In this document: positions 33,550 to 35,221 of the stretch, one piece after another
How the letters are laid out: each line of letters opens with the position of its first letter
Position numbering within the stretch: the first letter of the stretch is position 1
Sequence record: SRR31156797_927
Strand: one strand, 5' to 3'
Length of the DNA: 35,221 bases
The notes under the pieces: generated by a model
Databases searched by the model: none
What the model saw: only the letters and a program-made list of their open reading frames with translations
Told to the model about the DNA's origin: nothing
Position numbers and translations under genes: made by a program

Positions 33550-35221
33550 ATGGCACATAACAGCGACCATTCCCTGCTGCATCACCTGAGTGCCGTGAAA
33601 GACGGCAAAAGATGCTTTGAGAACGCTTTTCAGGGTGTTACGAGGATGATCCTCGAAGGGGACATCGCAAAGGTTACGGTGACGGGGAAAACGACCTACG
33701 ATTTCAGTGTTTTCCGTGCCGGGAAGAAGCATGTGATCGGCATGTACGACGAGCTGAACAGCTTCGTCTCTTATGTGAAAGACGCCGCGGAAGGGGGATC
33801 GTCCAAGGAGATGGCCTACGTGTTGGTGGGCGAACCCGGTAATGGGAAGACTTTTCTGGTGGACTTCCTCTGTGCCCGTTACCGAGCTTTCCTGGCGAAA
33901 GAGGTTAATCGAAAGTATACCTTCCAGTTCACCAACATGGACCGGTTCGGCCATTACGGGAGAATCGCCACCATTGAGTCCCAGACCTATGAAGATCCAT
34001 TGATTCTGGCCATGAATCTCTTTGAGGAAGCGGATCAAAGCAGGGAATTCCTTGCGAGGGAAATCGGGTTTTCGGACAGCGGGATCGATGCTCTTTATGA
34101 AAATTACCGGCCTCTTGGCGCCTGTTCCGGGTATATATGGAACGACATCCGGAATCTCACCGACGGGAATATGGAGGAGATGCTCTCCCTGATCAGGATC
34201 GTCCCCGTACCCCTTACGGAAAGCCTTGGCACCGTCACCGGAAAATATCCGGCAAAGGACAAGATCACTTCTTCCGCGGTGGATCTGTTGGGGGAGGAAT
34301 CGATCCAGCGGTTGCTCCATGTGACCGACACCAACAATCCTTATCGGTTCGATTTGAGGCGCGGCGCCCTTGCACGGGTGGCGGGTGGCGGCATCCATTT
34401 CAGCGACGAGATATTCAAGAATAAAAGAGATCTTGTTCAGGTGTACCTGGGGGTGATACAGAACCGCAATATTGAAATTGACGGTTTCAAGTGGCCCATC
34501 GACACGTTGATCGTGGCCACCAGCAACAATTCCGAGTACCATACCTTTTTAGCGGAAAGGGAGGAGGCGCCCATTGTGGACCGGTGCCGCATCTGTTACG
34601 TCTCCCATAACACCAACTACCGGTTGCAAAATGAGCTCACCGCCTATGCCATCGGGAGCGAGACCCGGACCACCCTGACCAGGCAGACCCTGCACCAGGA
34701 TCCCAACCTGAATTATGCCGCTTCCGTGGCGGTGGTCCTGTCCCGCCTCCCCCGTTCGGAAAAGGTGACCCCCATTGAGACCATGAAGCTGGCGGCGGGG
34801 GAGGTGGCGGGGGAGAAAAGCATCAAAACCCTGGCGGAGGTGATCGACACCCTCAGCCAGGATCCCAACATCACAAACCGTTTCGGACAGAAAGGGTTGG
34901 GGCAGCGGAATCTGGGCCGGGCCATCCAGCTGCTGGTGGAGAGTTCCGAGACCAATGAGGGTGGGTGTATGTTTGCCCACGACGTTTTTAAGGCCCTTGA
35001 GCGGGTGGTCCTGGATTATGTGCAGGAAGCCAATGACCGCGCCAAGTACCTGGAAGACCTGAAAATCGCCAAAGGGTTGTACCGGGAACGGATCATGACG
35101 GAAATGTTCAACGCCTACATGGATGAACCGTTTGCCATCAGGAAGGATGTCATCAACTACGTGAACATGATTATCGGCATTGATGCGGAAAACCTGGGCC
35201 CCGATATGATGTGGAAATACA
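33550..35221 (+). CDS. prkA: PrkA/YeaG-family AAA+ serine protein kinase (partial, runs off window)
   Basis: Not in ORF track; GGAGGAGG RBS before ATG 33550; MAHNSDHSLLHHL...; Walker A LVGEPGNGKT; Walker B-like GGIHFSDEIFK; IVATSNNSEY. Confidence 0.88.
   Translation, partial: MAHNSDHSLLHHLSAVKDGKRCFENAFQGVTRMILEGDIAKVTVTGKTTYDFSVFRAGKKHVIGMYDELNSFVSYVKDAAEGGSSKEMAYVLVGEPGNGKTFLVDFLCARYRAFLAKEVNRKYTFQFTNMDRFGHYGRIATIESQTYEDPLILAMNLFEEADQSREFLAREIGFSDSGIDALYENYRPLGACSGYIWNDIRNLTDGNMEEMLSLIRIVPVPLTESLGTVTGKYPAKDKITSSAVDLLGEESIQRLLHVTDTNNPYRFDLRRGALARVAGGGIHFSDEIFKNKRDLVQVYLGVIQNRNIEIDGFKWPIDTLIVATSNNSEYHTFLAEREEAPIVDRCRICYVSHNTNYRLQNELTAYAIGSETRTTLTRQTLHQDPNLNYAASVAVVLSRLPRSEKVTPIETMKLAAGEVAGEKSIKTLAEVIDTLSQDPNITNRFGQKGLGQRNLGRAIQLLVESSETNEGGCMFAHDVFKALERVVLDYVQEANDRAKYLEDLKIAKGLYRERIMTEMFNAYMDEPFAIRKDVINYVNMIIGIDAENLGPDMMWKY

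Noticed and set aside
33373-34980. Long minus-strand ORFs (389 aa, 143 aa)
   Set aside because: Antisense shadows of prkA, which has an RBS and Walker motifs.

Overview
Bacterial DNA; gene content suggests an anaerobic deltaproteobacterium (Desulfobacterota-like; inference). The window holds three modules. (1) 1-15770: a GntR(FCD)-associated divergon for organic-acid uptake and CoA-ester catabolism. It encodes two TRAP DctP proteins, DctQM, a MaoC pair, an atypical CoA-transferase, two acyl-CoA ligases, an HMG-CoA-lyase-family enzyme, a two-subunit B12-dependent acyl-CoA mutase with a heavily remodelled active site, two paralogous acyl-CoA dehydrogenases and a gamma-carbonic-anhydrase-family protein. 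(2) 16150-29169: a TetR-led beta-oxidation module (SDR, MFE-2-type hydratase, LCAD-type ACAD, catalytically dead HMG-CoA-synthase-like/DUF35 fusion, SCP2-type thiolase), followed by a Liv-type ABC transporter with an embedded acyl-CoA ligase. (3) 29554-35221: a PAS histidine kinase/NarL pair, a cluster of TCAGG-N5-CCTGA boxes, USP, GAF and receiver proteins, and a partial PrkA kinase. The module junctions carry a decayed response-regulator remnant, heptamer repeats and a degenerate tRNA-Asp-like 3' fragment. The best candidate for an undescribed system is module 1: a carbon-skeleton-rearranging pathway for an unknown, probably branched dicarboxylic, acid.
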